Shown piece by piece: positions 37,900 to 47,935 of a stretch of 64,000 nt of DNA. The notes beneath the pieces were generated by a model that saw only the letters and a list, made by a program, of their open reading frames with translations, searched no databases and had not been told where the DNA came from. The number at the start of each line of letters is the position of its first letter. The stretch's first letter is position 1. The position numbers were made by a program, and so were the translations under genes. The stretch covers positions 224,001-288,000 of the forward strand of contig CBDBOV010000004.1 of the NCBI GenBank assembly GCA_965208575.1, in the 5' to 3' direction. Origin of the DNA: Spirochaetia bacterium (GTDB lineage: Bacteria; Spirochaetota; Spirochaetia; SZUA-6; Bin103).

Positions 37900-40350
37900 T
37901 TGGTCGCCGTTGCGGTCGGCGCCGCCGTCGGGTTGTCGACTGCGGGTACTCGGAACATTCGCAGCCTCGACGTGTACGAGCGCGACAGACCGGCGCTGCC
38001 CACGCAGATCCTCGACCGCCACGGTCGCCTGATCACGCAGTTCTTCCGCGACCAGAAACGAGACATCATCCGCTATGAGGAGCTTCCGCCTCACCTGATC
38101 CAGGCCCTGCTGACCCGCGAGGATCGCCACTTCTTCGAACACCGCGGTTTTCGCATACCCGATACGATGCGCGCCGCCTGGAACATGGTCGCGGGACGCT
38201 TCTGGTCCGGCGGCTCCACCATTACGCAGCAGCTTGCCGGCTCGATCTACGCCGACCGCACGGAGATCACCATACGGCGCAAGCTGGTAGAGCTGTGGTG
38301 GGCGATTCAACTGGAACGCTGGCTCACCAAGAACGAGATTCTGGAGCGTTACCTCAACCTGGTCTACTTCGGCGAAGGCACCTACGGCGTGGAGGCGGCG
38401 TCGCAGTTCTACTTCAAGCACTCGGCCCGGGACATCACGCTGGCGGAAGCCGCCATGCTGGTGATCCAACTGAACCGGCCGGGCGGCAACTCCCCGATCA
38501 ACCATCCGAATCGGGCTCGCACCTTGCAGCGCGAGATTCTCAACCAGATGGTCGAACGCGGGCTGACCACGGCCGCAGAGGCGGACCTGTCGTTCAAGCA
38601 GTACTGGGACAACTACGACTTCACACGCTCCAACCGCTCCACGGCGTTCCTGGAGCGCCAGGACGCGGCCCCCTACTTCAGCGAATACGTCCGCGGACGG
38701 CTGGACGAGTTGATGCTCGGCTCGATGGACGTGTATCAGGATGGCCTGGTCGTGCGAACGACGCTCGACCTCGACTACCAGCACGCCGCGCAGCAGACCC
38801 TGTCCCGCCACCTCGAACGCGTGAACCGGACGCGCAGCAACAGCTCCCGTCAGCGCCGGACCGTGGCCGACAGCACCTTCCTGCCTACCGTCGACCTGCT
38901 CTCGCTCGCCTTCGGCATCGACGGGATGCGGGTGGCCGGCATCCGGGAGCGCAAGAAGGGCACCGACCGTTTCATCAAGGAGCTTGCGCCGGCTCTCGAC
39001 GTATTCGGCATGATGCTGGACGATCGCGACCTGCGCGCGATTTCAACCGCCGCCTACGGCCGTGGCGAGCAGGAGGCGCGACGCACCGAGGTCGAGGGCG
39101 CCTTGATCACACTCGATGCGCGCACCGGTCACGTCCTTGCCATGGTAGGCGGCAGCGAGTTCGGCACCGGCAATCAATTCAACCGCGCCACTCAGGCAAA
39201 GCTGCAGCCGGGATCCGCGTTCAAGCCGTTGTACTACTCGGCCGCGATCAGTTCCGGACGCTTTACGCCCGCAACCATGATTACGGATGCGCCGGCGATT
39301 TTCGTGAACGACGACGGGACCCCCTACATTCCGCTCAACTACAAGGGCGAGTGGACCGGCCGCGTGCTTCTGCGCACCGCCCTGGCGCGGTCGATGAACG
39401 TGCCTTCTCTCAAGGTGCTGGAGGAGATCGGATTCGATGCCGCTATCGAGCGTGCGAGCCGCATGCTGGGCGTGGAGACGCCGGCGGAGATCGAGGCGAC
39501 GTTTCCGCGCAAGTACCCGCTCGGTCTGGGCGTGATCGCGGTCTCGCCGCTGCAGATGGCGCGCGCCTACGCGACATTCGCCAACCACGGGCAGGAGGTG
39601 TCTCCGCTGGCGATCCAGTACGTCATGGATCGCAACGGACGCATGGTGCTGGAAGTGGAGAAGGAACTGCGTGCGCGGCAGCGGGTGCAGCAGCAGGAAC
39701 GGCAGATCATGAGTCCCGAGGCGGCGTACGTGATGACCGACCTGTTGCGCAGTACCGTACAGTGGGGCACGTTGCGCTGGGCGTCGGGAACGGTCGGCGG
39801 TTTTCGGACCGACACCGCGGGCAAGACAGGCACGACGCAGAACTGGTCGGATGCCTGGACGGTCGGATTCACCCCGCTGCAGGCCACGGCGCTGTGGATG
39901 GGCTTCGACGAGCGTGGCGAAACCCTGGGACTGAACCTTACCGGAGCAACTGCCGCCGGCCCCGCCTGGGCCGAGTACATGAAGGCGGTGGAGCCCGGAC
40001 GGGCGGTGCAATTCGCACGCCCCGCGACCGGGTTGATCGAAGTCACGGTGAACGCGCGCTCCGGCCTGTTGCCGTCGGGCGCCGACGGCGAGGAGATCAT
40101 TCAGGAGATCTTTCTCTCCGGAACCGATCCCAAGGAGCGTGACGGCCTGCTGGCATATGAGTCCGAACGGCGCGGGGAGATTGTGAATAATCTGCGCCTG
40201 GCGATGCGGCGCGTGGACGCCGGCCAGCCGCTCGGCCTGGCGCCCGATCCGTTGGGACCGGTGGGCTCTGCGCCGCCCTTGGTACGGGGAGACACCGGCA
40301 CGGCAACGCAGCGCCAACAGCCGCGCGGTGGCAATCCGCTGCTCGATTAG
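37900..40350 (+). CDS. Class A penicillin-binding protein (PBP1A); start uncertain
   Basis: Transglycosylase EDRHFFEHRG, GGSTITQQL, YLNLVYFG; transpeptidase SAFK, SMN, KTGT. Confidence 0.93.
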   Translation: MVAVAVGAAVGLSTAGTRNIRSLDVYERDRPALPTQILDRHGRLITQFFRDQKRDIIRYEELPPHLIQALLTREDRHFFEHRGFRIPDTMRAAWNMVAGRFWSGGSTITQQLAGSIYADRTEITIRRKLVELWWAIQLERWLTKNEILERYLNLVYFGEGTYGVEAASQFYFKHSARDITLAEAAMLVIQLNRPGGNSPINHPNRARTLQREILNQMVERGLTTAAEADLSFKQYWDNYDFTRSNRSTAFLERQDAAPYFSEYVRGRLDELMLGSMDVYQDGLVVRTTLDLDYQHAAQQTLSRHLERVNRTRSNSSRQRRTVADSTFLPTVDLLSLAFGIDGMRVAGIRERKKGTDRFIKELAPALDVFGMMLDDRDLRAISTAAYGRGEQEARRTEVEGALITLDARTGHVLAMVGGSEFGTGNQFNRATQAKLQPGSAFKPLYYSAAISSGRFTPATMITDAPAIFVNDDGTPYIPLNYKGEWTGRVLLRTALARSMNVPSLKVLEEIGFDAAIERASRMLGVETPAEIEATFPRKYPLGLGVIAVSPLQMARAYATFANHGQEVSPLAIQYVMDRNGRMVLEVEKELRARQRVQQQERQIMSPEAAYVMTDLLRSTVQWGTLRWASGTVGGFRTDTAGKTGTTQNWSDAWTVGFTPLQATALWMGFDERGETLGLNLTGATAAGPAWAEYMKAVEPGRAVQFARPATGLIEVTVNARSGLLPSGADGEEIIQEIFLSGTDPKERDGLLAYESERRGEIVNNLRLAMRRVDAGQPLGLAPDPLGPVGSAPPLVRGDTGTATQRQQPRGGNPLLD

Positions 40351-40361
40351 GGGCGTTGGCT

Positions 40362-40745
40362 ATGGAGCTTCGTTATTCTCTGGATCATCATTGGGTGCGG
40401 CGCGACTCGGCGGAACGCATCACCGTTGGGCTGTCCGACTTCGCTCAACGCGAGATGGGCGAAGTCGCCTACCTCGAGTTGCCGGAAGTCGGCACCAGGG
40501 TCGCCGCCGGGGCGGCGGTCTCCGCCATCGAGTCGTTGAAGTCGGCGGGTGAGCTGTACGCGCCCGTCGGCGGCATGATCGTGGCACGCAACGAGGAGTT
40601 GGCACGCGGCGGCGCGCGCTTGATCAACAGCGATCCCCTCGGCGCCGGTTGGTTGTTCGTCATGGAAATGGACGACCCGGGCGAATTCGAATCGCTGTTG
40701 TCGGCATCCGAATACGCGCGCCGCACCGCCGGCGACCTGCCATAG
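40362..40745 (+). CDS. gcvH: Glycine cleavage system H protein
   Basis: VGLSDFAQ, lipoyl site IESLKSA, INSDP.GAGW. Confidence 0.9.
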   Translation: MELRYSLDHHWVRRDSAERITVGLSDFAQREMGEVAYLELPEVGTRVAAGAAVSAIESLKSAGELYAPVGGMIVARNEELARGGARLINSDPLGAGWLFVMEMDDPGEFESLLSASEYARRTAGDLP

Positions 40746-40789
40746 CAGCCGGTGTTGCGTCACGGGCTGCCGAGGCCGATAAGAAAAAT

Positions 40790-41197
40790 ATGCAGGTCCG
40801 CATCGACGCGGTAGTGGTGCGTGAGCGAATCCGCTCCGACTTGGGAGAGTTGGAGCCGCTGATGGAGAGCCTGCGTCGCCACGGACAGTTCAGCCCGATA
40901 CTGATTTCCCGCGACTCCGAGCTGGTCGCCGGCCACCGGCGCCTGGAATCGGCGCGGCGGCTTGGTTGGAGCAGCATCGAGGCGATCGTGCTCGACCAGG
41001 CCAGCGACGAGACACTGCTGGAGTTGGAGATTGAGGAGAACGTGCAGCGCAAACAACTCAGCCATGAGGAACTCGCCGCGGCCGTGGCACGCCTGGAACG
41101 GCTGCGCCGCCCTTGGTGGTTCGAGCGCGTGTTGAGCTGGCTGACCCTGCGTTGGCGGCAGCTCACCTGCTGGATTGGCGTCCCACCTGGGCGCTGA
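40790..41197 (+). CDS. ParB N-terminal (ParBc) domain protein
   Basis: RIRSDLG, GQ.SPI, LVAGHRRL, EIEENVQRK. Confidence 0.85.
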   Translation: MQVRIDAVVVRERIRSDLGELEPLMESLRRHGQFSPILISRDSELVAGHRRLESARRLGWSSIEAIVLDQASDETLLELEIEENVQRKQLSHEELAAAVARLERLRRPWWFERVLSWLTLRWRQLTCWIGVPPGR

Positions 41198-43031
41198 CTT
41201 GATCCCGGGTTACCGAGTACCACAGCGGGCGCCCGTGCGGACAGTGCTGCAGGTCGATGGCAAACGACTCCCGCGCTATGGCAGCCGCCGCATCGCGGTC
41301 CAGCACTTCGCCATCCTTGACCGCCAGTTTGCACGCGACGTCGGCAAGCACGGCGCGCTCCAGATCCGCTCCGCTGCCCCGCACTCCGGCGACGTACTCC
41401 CGGAGCCACCGTGCCGGTAGTTGATGCAGCGGTTCGGCCAGTGCCGTGATGCGTCGCGGCCGGCCCTTCTCCAGCTCTACCACGATGCCGACCCCGACGA
41501 GCAGGTCGCGCGCCTCGTGCAGCGCATCGGCGGATTCCGGCTCCAGGTCGAGTTCGATGGGGAGCAGCAACTGCTGGATGGCGAACGAGCGCCGGCGGAG
41601 GCGCTCGTAGAGCACCCGTTCGTGGGCCGCGTGCTGATCGACGAAATACAGGGTCCGTCCGATCTCGACGAGCAGAAACGTGCCGAGTGACTGGCCGATG
41701 TAGCGGATGCCGGCGCTCCGGTCCGGGAGCGAGATGCCGTCGTCGGCAGCGGAGGGTCCGGGTGTGATCACCCCGGGCGTGCCCGCCGTGGCGACATGCG
41801 CCGCGGAGTCAGGCCCCGGCCCGGTTGAGTGGACGGTCCCCGCGCCGGCGCCGCTTGCCGGGTTTCCGGCCACGTACGGACGGGCGGGATCCGCAACCGT
41901 GGCAGGCGGTCGGGCGGGGCCGGGGAAGGCGCGGCCATCGCGGCCGGTGAGCGGCAAGGACTCCGGCCCGCCCTGCTGCGCCGGCAACGGCGATCGGTGG
42001 CCGAACCGAACCACCGCTTGTTGCACGAGTCGTACCACCGCCTGGTGGAGCGGCGCCAGGTTTCGAAAGCGCGCCTCCCGTTTCGCGGGATGCACGTTGA
42101 AGTCCACGAGATGGGGAGCAATCTCCACGAACAGGCAGGCAACCGGGTGTCTGCCGCCCGCGAGGATCGCGCCGTAGCCGTACTCGAGCGCCTGCACAAG
42201 CCCGAACTGCTGGATCCGCCGGCGGTTCACGAACACCATGAGCCGCGCGCGGTCGCGGCGTGCCAGCTCCGGGCGCGCGCCGATTGCCGCAACCCGAAAC
42301 TCGGCATAGTCGCGCCGCGCCTCGAACAGGTCATCCGGCATCACCGGGCTGCCGAGCACGTCCGCAACCCGGTCGCGCAGCCCGGCGGAGGCCAGGGTGG
42401 TGTCCGCCTCGCCGTCCACGGAGAGGCGCAATGTCACTCCCGGATGAGCGAGCGCCTTCTCCAGCACCATGCGCCGGCACAGGGTGGTCTCGGTGCCGGG
42501 CCGGCGCAGGAAGCGGCGCCGGCCCGGCATGTCGGCGAACAACCGGGTTACCTGAACGCGGGTACCCGGCGCCGCCGCCGCCGCGCTGATGCGCCGCTCG
42601 CGGCTGTCGGCAACCAGGCGCGCCGCCGTCGTTGCCGTGCGCGTACGGGTAACCACTTCGAGGCGTGCGCATGCCGCGATGCTCGCCAGTGCCTCGCCGC
42701 GGAATCCGAGGGTGGTGGCATGCAGCAGGTCGTGCTCATTGCTGATCTTGGAGGTCGCGTGGCGCAGACCGGTCCGTTGCAGTTCGGATCGCGCTATGCC
42801 ACGGCCGTTGTCATGCACGGAGATCTGACCAAGGCCGCCCGAGTCGAGTTGCACGTCGATCTCGCTTGCGCCGGCGTCGAGCGCGTTGTCGATCAGCTCG
42901 CGTACGATCGAGAACGGGCGTTCGATTACCTCGCCGGCGGCAATGCGGGCGGCAACGTCGGCGTCGAGCACGCGGATGGCACCGGGTGCACGCGCCTGCC
43001 GGCCGCCGCCGCCGGACGCTGCCGCCGGCAT
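41163..43031 (-). CDS. mutL: DNA mismatch repair endonuclease MutL
   Basis: IAAGEVIERP, DNGRG, HATSKI, GFRGEALASI, DFNVHPAK, DQHAAHER, CPHGRP. Confidence 0.95.
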   Translation of the reverse strand: MPAAASGGGGRQARAPGAIRVLDADVAARIAAGEVIERPFSIVRELIDNALDAGASEIDVQLDSGGLGQISVHDNGRGIARSELQRTGLRHATSKISNEHDLLHATTLGFRGEALASIAACARLEVVTRTRTATTAARLVADSRERRISAAAAAPGTRVQVTRLFADMPGRRRFLRRPGTETTLCRRMVLEKALAHPGVTLRLSVDGEADTTLASAGLRDRVADVLGSPVMPDDLFEARRDYAEFRVAAIGARPELARRDRARLMVFVNRRRIQQFGLVQALEYGYGAILAGGRHPVACLFVEIAPHLVDFNVHPAKREARFRNLAPLHQAVVRLVQQAVVRFGHRSPLPAQQGGPESLPLTGRDGRAFPGPARPPATVADPARPYVAGNPASGAGAGTVHSTGPGPDSAAHVATAGTPGVITPGPSAADDGISLPDRSAGIRYIGQSLGTFLLVEIGRTLYFVDQHAAHERVLYERLRRRSFAIQQLLLPIELDLEPESADALHEARDLLVGVGIVVELEKGRPRRITALAEPLHQLPARWLREYVAGVRGSGADLERAVLADVACKLAVKDGEVLDRDAAAAIARESFAIDLQHCPHGRPLWYSVTRDQVSAQVGRQSSR

Positions 43032-43086
43032 CACTTCGGCTCCGCCGCCGCCGGCAGCGCTGTTATACTGGCCACGAGAAAGCTGC

Positions 43087-43374
43087 ATGGTTGTGTCGAT
43101 GCTGCACCTGACTGTCGATCTCCCCGGCGTGGGTTCGCTGAAGGAAAAGCGCCGTGTGATCGGATCGTTGAAAGAAAGGATTCGTCACAAGTACAGGGTA
43201 TCAATTGCCGAGGTGGGCACCAATGACCTGTGGAACGTTGCCGAAATCGGGTGCGCGGTGGTATCCAATTCGCATACGTTCGGTGAGTCAGTGTTGCACA
43301 AGGTGATCGGTTACGCCGAGGAGCACCTGGCCTACCCGATCCGCAGCGCACAGGTGTTTTCCGAACACTACTGA
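43087..43374 (+). CDS. DUF503 / YlxP-like protein
   Basis: SLKEKRRV..SL.....KY.VS.AEV..D.W. Confidence 0.88.
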   Translation: MVVSMLHLTVDLPGVGSLKEKRRVIGSLKERIRHKYRVSIAEVGTNDLWNVAEIGCAVVSNSHTFGESVLHKVIGYAEEHLAYPIRSAQVFSEHY

Positions 43375-43454
43375 GAGGGGTGCGCCCGGTGCTGCGCGGG
43401 CGGGGCCGGCGCGCGGCAGTTGAACGGCGGCGGGTATTCTGGTACCTATCGAGT

Positions 43455-44153
43455 GTGTCGCTGACGAGCGTTGTGCGGCTTGCGGTGGCGGTTCTGACTG
43501 CGGCGCTGCTGTCGAGCTGCAACGGAGACGATTCCCAGGCCTCGCCGGCCGCGGAGCGGACGGCGGCGGCGGAAGGCGGCGCCGAAACCAGCGATGGCAG
43601 CTTGCAAGCGGCGGCCGGGTCCGATTCCGCGCAGCCGCCCTCCGCGTCCGGGGCGGAGCTGGATGCGTGGTTCCTCCACCGGAGTGCGCCCCGCCTGCTG
43701 CCACACGACTACGAGATCGGGCCATTGCAGGATCTGCTTGCGGCCGGGGGTACCGAACGCGAGGTGCTGGACACCCTGCTGTCGTTTCTCGGCTCGCTCG
43801 CCGAGGGGAAGATAGCGGAAGCGGCTCTTGCTTCGGAACGCCGGCAAAGCCTGTCCAGGTCGTTGCGGTTCCACGTGCGTGACGGGCGGTTGCCGCACGC
43901 GGCACGGATCGGTGCGGTGACTGTCACGGAAGACCAGGTATACGTCGCCCTGCGCCTGTTCGGCGAACCCGGCCGGGTGGCGGGAGAGGCATACCTGGAA
44001 GCCACGCCCGACGGGTGGCGCATTGCCGACCTGCAACTTGACCTGCATCGGCTGGCACAGCCGTACCAGGTAGCGGCGGAGTTCGAGCCGAGTGCCGCAC
44101 GCTGGCTGCTCCTGAGAAACAACAATCAGGCGGCCTCCGGGACAAGCTCATAA
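43455..44153 (+). CDS. Putative lipoprotein; last codons replaced by the IS110 insertion
   Basis: Lipobox LLSSC; reconstructed empty site ends ...WLLLSP*. Confidence 0.65.
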   Translation: MSLTSVVRLAVAVLTAALLSSCNGDDSQASPAAERTAAAEGGAETSDGSLQAAAGSDSAQPPSASGAELDAWFLHRSAPRLLPHDYEIGPLQDLLAAGGTEREVLDTLLSFLGSLAEGKIAEAALASERRQSLSRSLRFHVRDGRLPHAARIGAVTVTEDQVYVALRLFGEPGRVAGEAYLEATPDGWRIADLQLDLHRLAQPYQVAAEFEPSAARWLLLRNNNQAASGTSS

Positions 44154-45514
44154 CCGAGTGCGTGTGCCTGCCTTCGGAGCCGGCGTTCAAAGCGGCGCCG
44201 GTCCTGGCGCTCCTCGGCGGCGAGGATGCTGTCATCGTAGGCCACGCGATGCGTGATCAGATGGTAGATGATCCGAGCCAGTTTATGCGCGACTGCAGTG
44301 GTCGCTTCGGGAGTACCCAGACGCGCCCGCATGCGGCGGAAGTGCTGGCCCAGGGCCGATGGGCTGCGGTACAACGACTGGGTCGCCCAGTGCAGCGCCT
44401 GGGCGGCCCGATTGGTGCCCCGACCGGTGTGCGAGCTGATGATCTTGCCGCCGGTGATCTGGTTGTGGGGGCACAGGTGCAGCCAGGAGGCGAATTGCGG
44501 TGCGGTCGGAAAGCGGGACAGTTCCGGGCCGAGTTCGGTGAACAGAACCAGCGCCGTACTTTCGCCGATGCCGGGAATCAGCGTCAGGTCAGTGCCGAAC
44601 AGGTGCGTAAGGTGGCCGCGCAGGTCGAACCGCTTGGCCGGTGACTCGGTTGGCGCCTCGGGCTCCGCATCGATTCCCTCATCCGGTGGGTCGTCGCCCA
44701 CCGCGCCGGGTGGCTCGCTGCTGGCTTCGAACGCGCGGATGCCGGCTTCGATTTCCTGATCGCACTCCGTGATGAGTTGTTGGTAGTGGGCATAGGTCGC
44801 TCGCGCGTGCCGCAACGCCAACAGGTGCTCGGCGCGCCAGTCGCCCTGCAGCGCCTTGATCAAGGTCTCGCGGCTGGCTTTGATCCGCCGGTCGGCCAGA
44901 GCGGCCAACCGCGCCGGATCCCGCTCACCCGCCAGGATAGCGTCCGTAATGGCCAGACCGGTCGTCCCCGTCAGGTCAGAGATGGCATGGTGCAGATGCA
45001 CGTTCATCTGGCTGTACGCCTTCTGCATGTGCAACACGCTGCGCGACGCCATCTTGATCAAGGTGTCGCGATGGCGCAGCACCGAGCGCAGTGCACACAC
45101 CTCGTCGGCAGGGCGGAATGAGCCGCGCAGCAATCCCACCGAGTGCAGGTAGCGCAACCACTCGCAGTCGGCCACGTCGGACTTCCGACCGGGTACCGAG
45201 TGCACGTGACGCGCATTCACCAGCACCACGTCGAAGCCGTGTGCCTCCAGGATCTGATACACCGGAATCCAGTACACACCGGTGGACTCCATCGCCACCG
45301 TGGTGACCTCGCATTCCTTGAGCCAGTCGGCCAAGGCGTGCAGGTCCGCGGTGAACGTAGCAAAGTTCCGGATCGGGTCCGGGTCGCGCTCCGGGCGCAC
45401 AGCCGCGTACACCTCGGTAGCGCCTATGTCCAAGCCGGCAGCGTCCGGGTGCATCACCTTTGGTTGCGCTGTGCGACTGCCCTTGCCCTTGCGTCTGTGT
45501 CTGCGTCGTGCCAT
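44126..45514 (-). CDS. IS110-family transposase/recombinase
   Basis: AAGLDIG, VAMESTGVYW, KSDVAD, IPGIG, FASWL.LCP...ITGG, A.AHKLAR. Confidence 0.95.
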   Translation of the reverse strand: MARRRHRRKGKGSRTAQPKVMHPDAAGLDIGATEVYAAVRPERDPDPIRNFATFTADLHALADWLKECEVTTVAMESTGVYWIPVYQILEAHGFDVVLVNARHVHSVPGRKSDVADCEWLRYLHSVGLLRGSFRPADEVCALRSVLRHRDTLIKMASRSVLHMQKAYSQMNVHLHHAISDLTGTTGLAITDAILAGERDPARLAALADRRIKASRETLIKALQGDWRAEHLLALRHARATYAHYQQLITECDQEIEAGIRAFEASSEPPGAVGDDPPDEGIDAEPEAPTESPAKRFDLRGHLTHLFGTDLTLIPGIGESTALVLFTELGPELSRFPTAPQFASWLHLCPHNQITGGKIISSHTGRGTNRAAQALHWATQSLYRSPSALGQHFRRMRARLGTPEATTAVAHKLARIIYHLITHRVAYDDSILAAEERQDRRRFERRLRRQAHALGYELVPEAA

Positions 45515-45780
45515 GAAACCTCCGCTACGACTGAGTGGTGCGGCCAAGGCGTGTGTAGCAGGTATTCTCCTGAACGGGATGATCGCCACCCGGCCGCGCC
45601 GGCTGACAACCTCACCAATGACTACGCCACCCGCCCCGGGGCCAAGCTCTTGAACGGGTTCGCAGAACGTAACGCCAGTGACGCGCCGGCCTACTTTCGC
45701 GCTCCACCCAGAACTCTGCCCACACTATAGCTCACCCTTGTTTCTTTCATGACTGCGCCGGCCCAGGGGCCGGTGGGATA
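45515..45780 (-). ncRNA. Putative IS110 bridge RNA region
   Basis: Non-coding end upstream of the recombinase holds CCCGTTCAAGAG (target match) and CCCGTTCAGGAG (donor match). Confidence 0.6.
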
Positions 45781-45792
45781 GCTCTTGAGTCC

Positions 45793-47100
45793 GTGATCGG
45801 GAGGTGGCGCCGACCGCACGCGGCCGGTGTGCTGGTGTTGCTCCTGGCTGCCGGTGCGGCGCCGCTCGCGGCACAGGTGCCGCGCGCCCCGCACGCGGCG
45901 CAGGGCCCGCCGGCGGCGGAAGGCGACCAGGTGTCTGCACCGGCGGAAATAGACCGATTGGCGGCGCGCGCCGCGCTCTTGCTGCACCGGCAGGTGCCGG
46001 ATCGAGCCGGCGCAACCATCTGGCTGCTTCCCTTCCTGACCGACACGGGGGTACCGACGCGCCTCGGTCACCGCCTGCAGAGCGCCGTGCACCTGCGGCT
46101 GCTGCGTCACTATCGCTCAGCGGAGATACGGGTCGTGGAGCGGCGGCCGATTGCCGGCGTTGCACCGGCGACCGGCGCACTGCCCGCCGGCGCCGCGTCG
46201 GCGGCTCATGCGCTGGAGTTGGAGATGCAGCCGTTTCGCGACATCCTGAGGGTAGTCCTGCGGGTCCGCAGTTCGGGTATGGTGAGTGACGGCGAATGGA
46301 TCGACCTGCCGGTCAACGAGGAACTGTGGGAGTTGCTCGACGGCGCGGAGGCCGGCGTGCCTCGTTCCGGCGACCTGCCATCCACCGCGGCGGGCGTTGA
46401 ACCGGAAGCATCGCGGACCCCCCTGCCGGCCGCGATCTCGGTCGACCAGGGCCAGCACCGGTACACCTCGGCGGGTGAGGACTGGGTTGCTCTGCAGATC
46501 CCCGCTCCCGGATTCTACCTGCTCGAGGGGCGCTCCTTCGCCGGTCCCCTGGCGGTGTCCCTGCACTACGACCGCCGCGGCGCGCCGGTAGTGACGGGGC
46601 GGGCAGACGCACCCTCCCCTGCCGGCCGCGATCCCGAAGGACTGCCCCGGGGCGTGGATAGCAAGCTCGGGATCTTCTCGGGACTGCGGAAAAGCTACGC
46701 TCGCGTCAGCACGACAACCGGTGACGAGGTGGCGTATTACCTGCGCTTGCGTCCGCTGGACGCCGAGCGCCGCTTCGCCGACGGAACTGCACATGAGGTT
46801 CCGCTCGAGCGCGGCACCGGGTTCCAGACGCTGCGCGTGTTTCGCTCCGGCTCGTACCGGGTGGTTGTCGAAGCCGGCGCCGGCGAAGCCGAGCTGCGCG
46901 TGTTCGGCGTACCGCACATGCGTTCCGTGGCACCGGTCTCCGGAGCGCAACCCGCGGAGCGCGGTTCCACCGGAGCGGGCGGGCAGCGATACGAGCTTGC
47001 AGCCGGAGACTACCTCATCGAGGTGACGTCGGCCCCGGCGGCGCGCACGGCCCGGTTGTGCTGGGCGGCATCCGACTCGTCCGCCCGCTGCGCAGGTTGA
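45793..47100 (+). CDS. Exported hypothetical protein with beta-rich repeats
   Basis: Signal peptide; PG.YLLE / SGSYRV / AGDYLIEV beta-sandwich-like repeats. Confidence 0.6.
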   Translation: MIGRWRRPHAAGVLVLLLAAGAAPLAAQVPRAPHAAQGPPAAEGDQVSAPAEIDRLAARAALLLHRQVPDRAGATIWLLPFLTDTGVPTRLGHRLQSAVHLRLLRHYRSAEIRVVERRPIAGVAPATGALPAGAASAAHALELEMQPFRDILRVVLRVRSSGMVSDGEWIDLPVNEELWELLDGAEAGVPRSGDLPSTAAGVEPEASRTPLPAAISVDQGQHRYTSAGEDWVALQIPAPGFYLLEGRSFAGPLAVSLHYDRRGAPVVTGRADAPSPAGRDPEGLPRGVDSKLGIFSGLRKSYARVSTTTGDEVAYYLRLRPLDAERRFADGTAHEVPLERGTGFQTLRVFRSGSYRVVVEAGAGEAELRVFGVPHMRSVAPVSGAQPAERGSTGAGGQRYELAAGDYLIEVTSAPAARTARLCWAASDSSARCAG

Positions 47101-47161
47101 CAGCGGACTCCGACAGCGGTAACTATACGTGGTCCATCACGTAACGAATTCGGAGCAGCGC

Positions 47162-47473
47162 TTGACGTCATACGAGGCTACATTCGTGTTTCTCCCGGAC
47201 GCGGAGTCCGTGGAGCGAGGTAAGCAGGCAGTGCAAGGCATGTTTGCCAAATCCGGCGTAGAGATTGCCGGTGAGGACGACATCGGAGAGCGGGTGCTCG
47301 CTTATCCAATCAGGAAGCGGGACCGGGGATACTACCTCCTCTACGAAATCGAGTCCGATCCACAGAACGTGCAGGGGCTCTATCAGGCTGCCGGGCTGAT
47401 TCCCGACATTCTGAAGTGCTTCATCGTGCATCGCGTTCCCACCGTCGCGCCATCCGCTGCGCAGACGGGATAG
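47162..47473 (+). CDS. rpsF: 30S ribosomal protein S6
   Basis: YE..F, G.R.LAYPI.K...G.Y; TTG start after GGAG; TTGACA at 47097. Confidence 0.92.
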   Translation: MTSYEATFVFLPDAESVERGKQAVQGMFAKSGVEIAGEDDIGERVLAYPIRKRDRGYYLLYEIESDPQNVQGLYQAAGLIPDILKCFIVHRVPTVAPSAAQTG

Positions 47474-47485
47474 GGGGAGAGGGAA

Positions 47486-47914
47486 ATGGCTGACATCAAT
47501 CACGTCACGCTGGTGGGACGGCTCACGCGCGACGCCGAACTGAAGTACACCAACTCCGGCCAGGCGGTTTCCAATATCGGCATCGCCATCAATCAGCGGC
47601 GCCGGCGGGATGATCAGTGGGTCGACGAGGCGCATTTCTTCGACTGCGTGGTATGGGGCAAGACGGCCGAGGCTCTCAATCCCTATCTGGTCAAGGGCAA
47701 GCAGGTCGGCATCGAAGGTCAGCTTCGCCAGAGTCGATGGGAGCAGGATGGCCGGACCCGTAGCCGGGTGGAGATTTCCGTCAATAATCTCCAGTTGCTC
47801 GGCGGACGCAACGACGGCGTCGCGCCTCGGGACGACGGTCCCGTGGGGCGCGCCGCGCCCCCGCGCGGCGGCCTGCCGGCGGCGGATGACTTCGACGACG
47901 ACATACCGTTCTAA
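47486..47914 (+). CDS. ssb: Single-stranded DNA-binding protein
   Basis: INHVTLVGRLTRDAELKY; C-terminal DDDIPF. Confidence 0.97.
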   Translation: MADINHVTLVGRLTRDAELKYTNSGQAVSNIGIAINQRRRRDDQWVDEAHFFDCVVWGKTAEALNPYLVKGKQVGIEGQLRQSRWEQDGRTRSRVEISVNNLQLLGGRNDGVAPRDDGPVGRAAPPRGGLPAADDFDDDIPF

Positions 47915-47935
47915 CGATTATGAGGATCCTTATTC

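Larger units (their letters stand above)
44112..45784 (-). mobile_element. IS110-family element (~1.67 kb)
   Basis: DEDD recombinase gene; GCTC shared at both junctions (44108-44111, 45781-45784); no long IRs; removing it restores a stop overlapping the next GTG. Confidence 0.85.
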
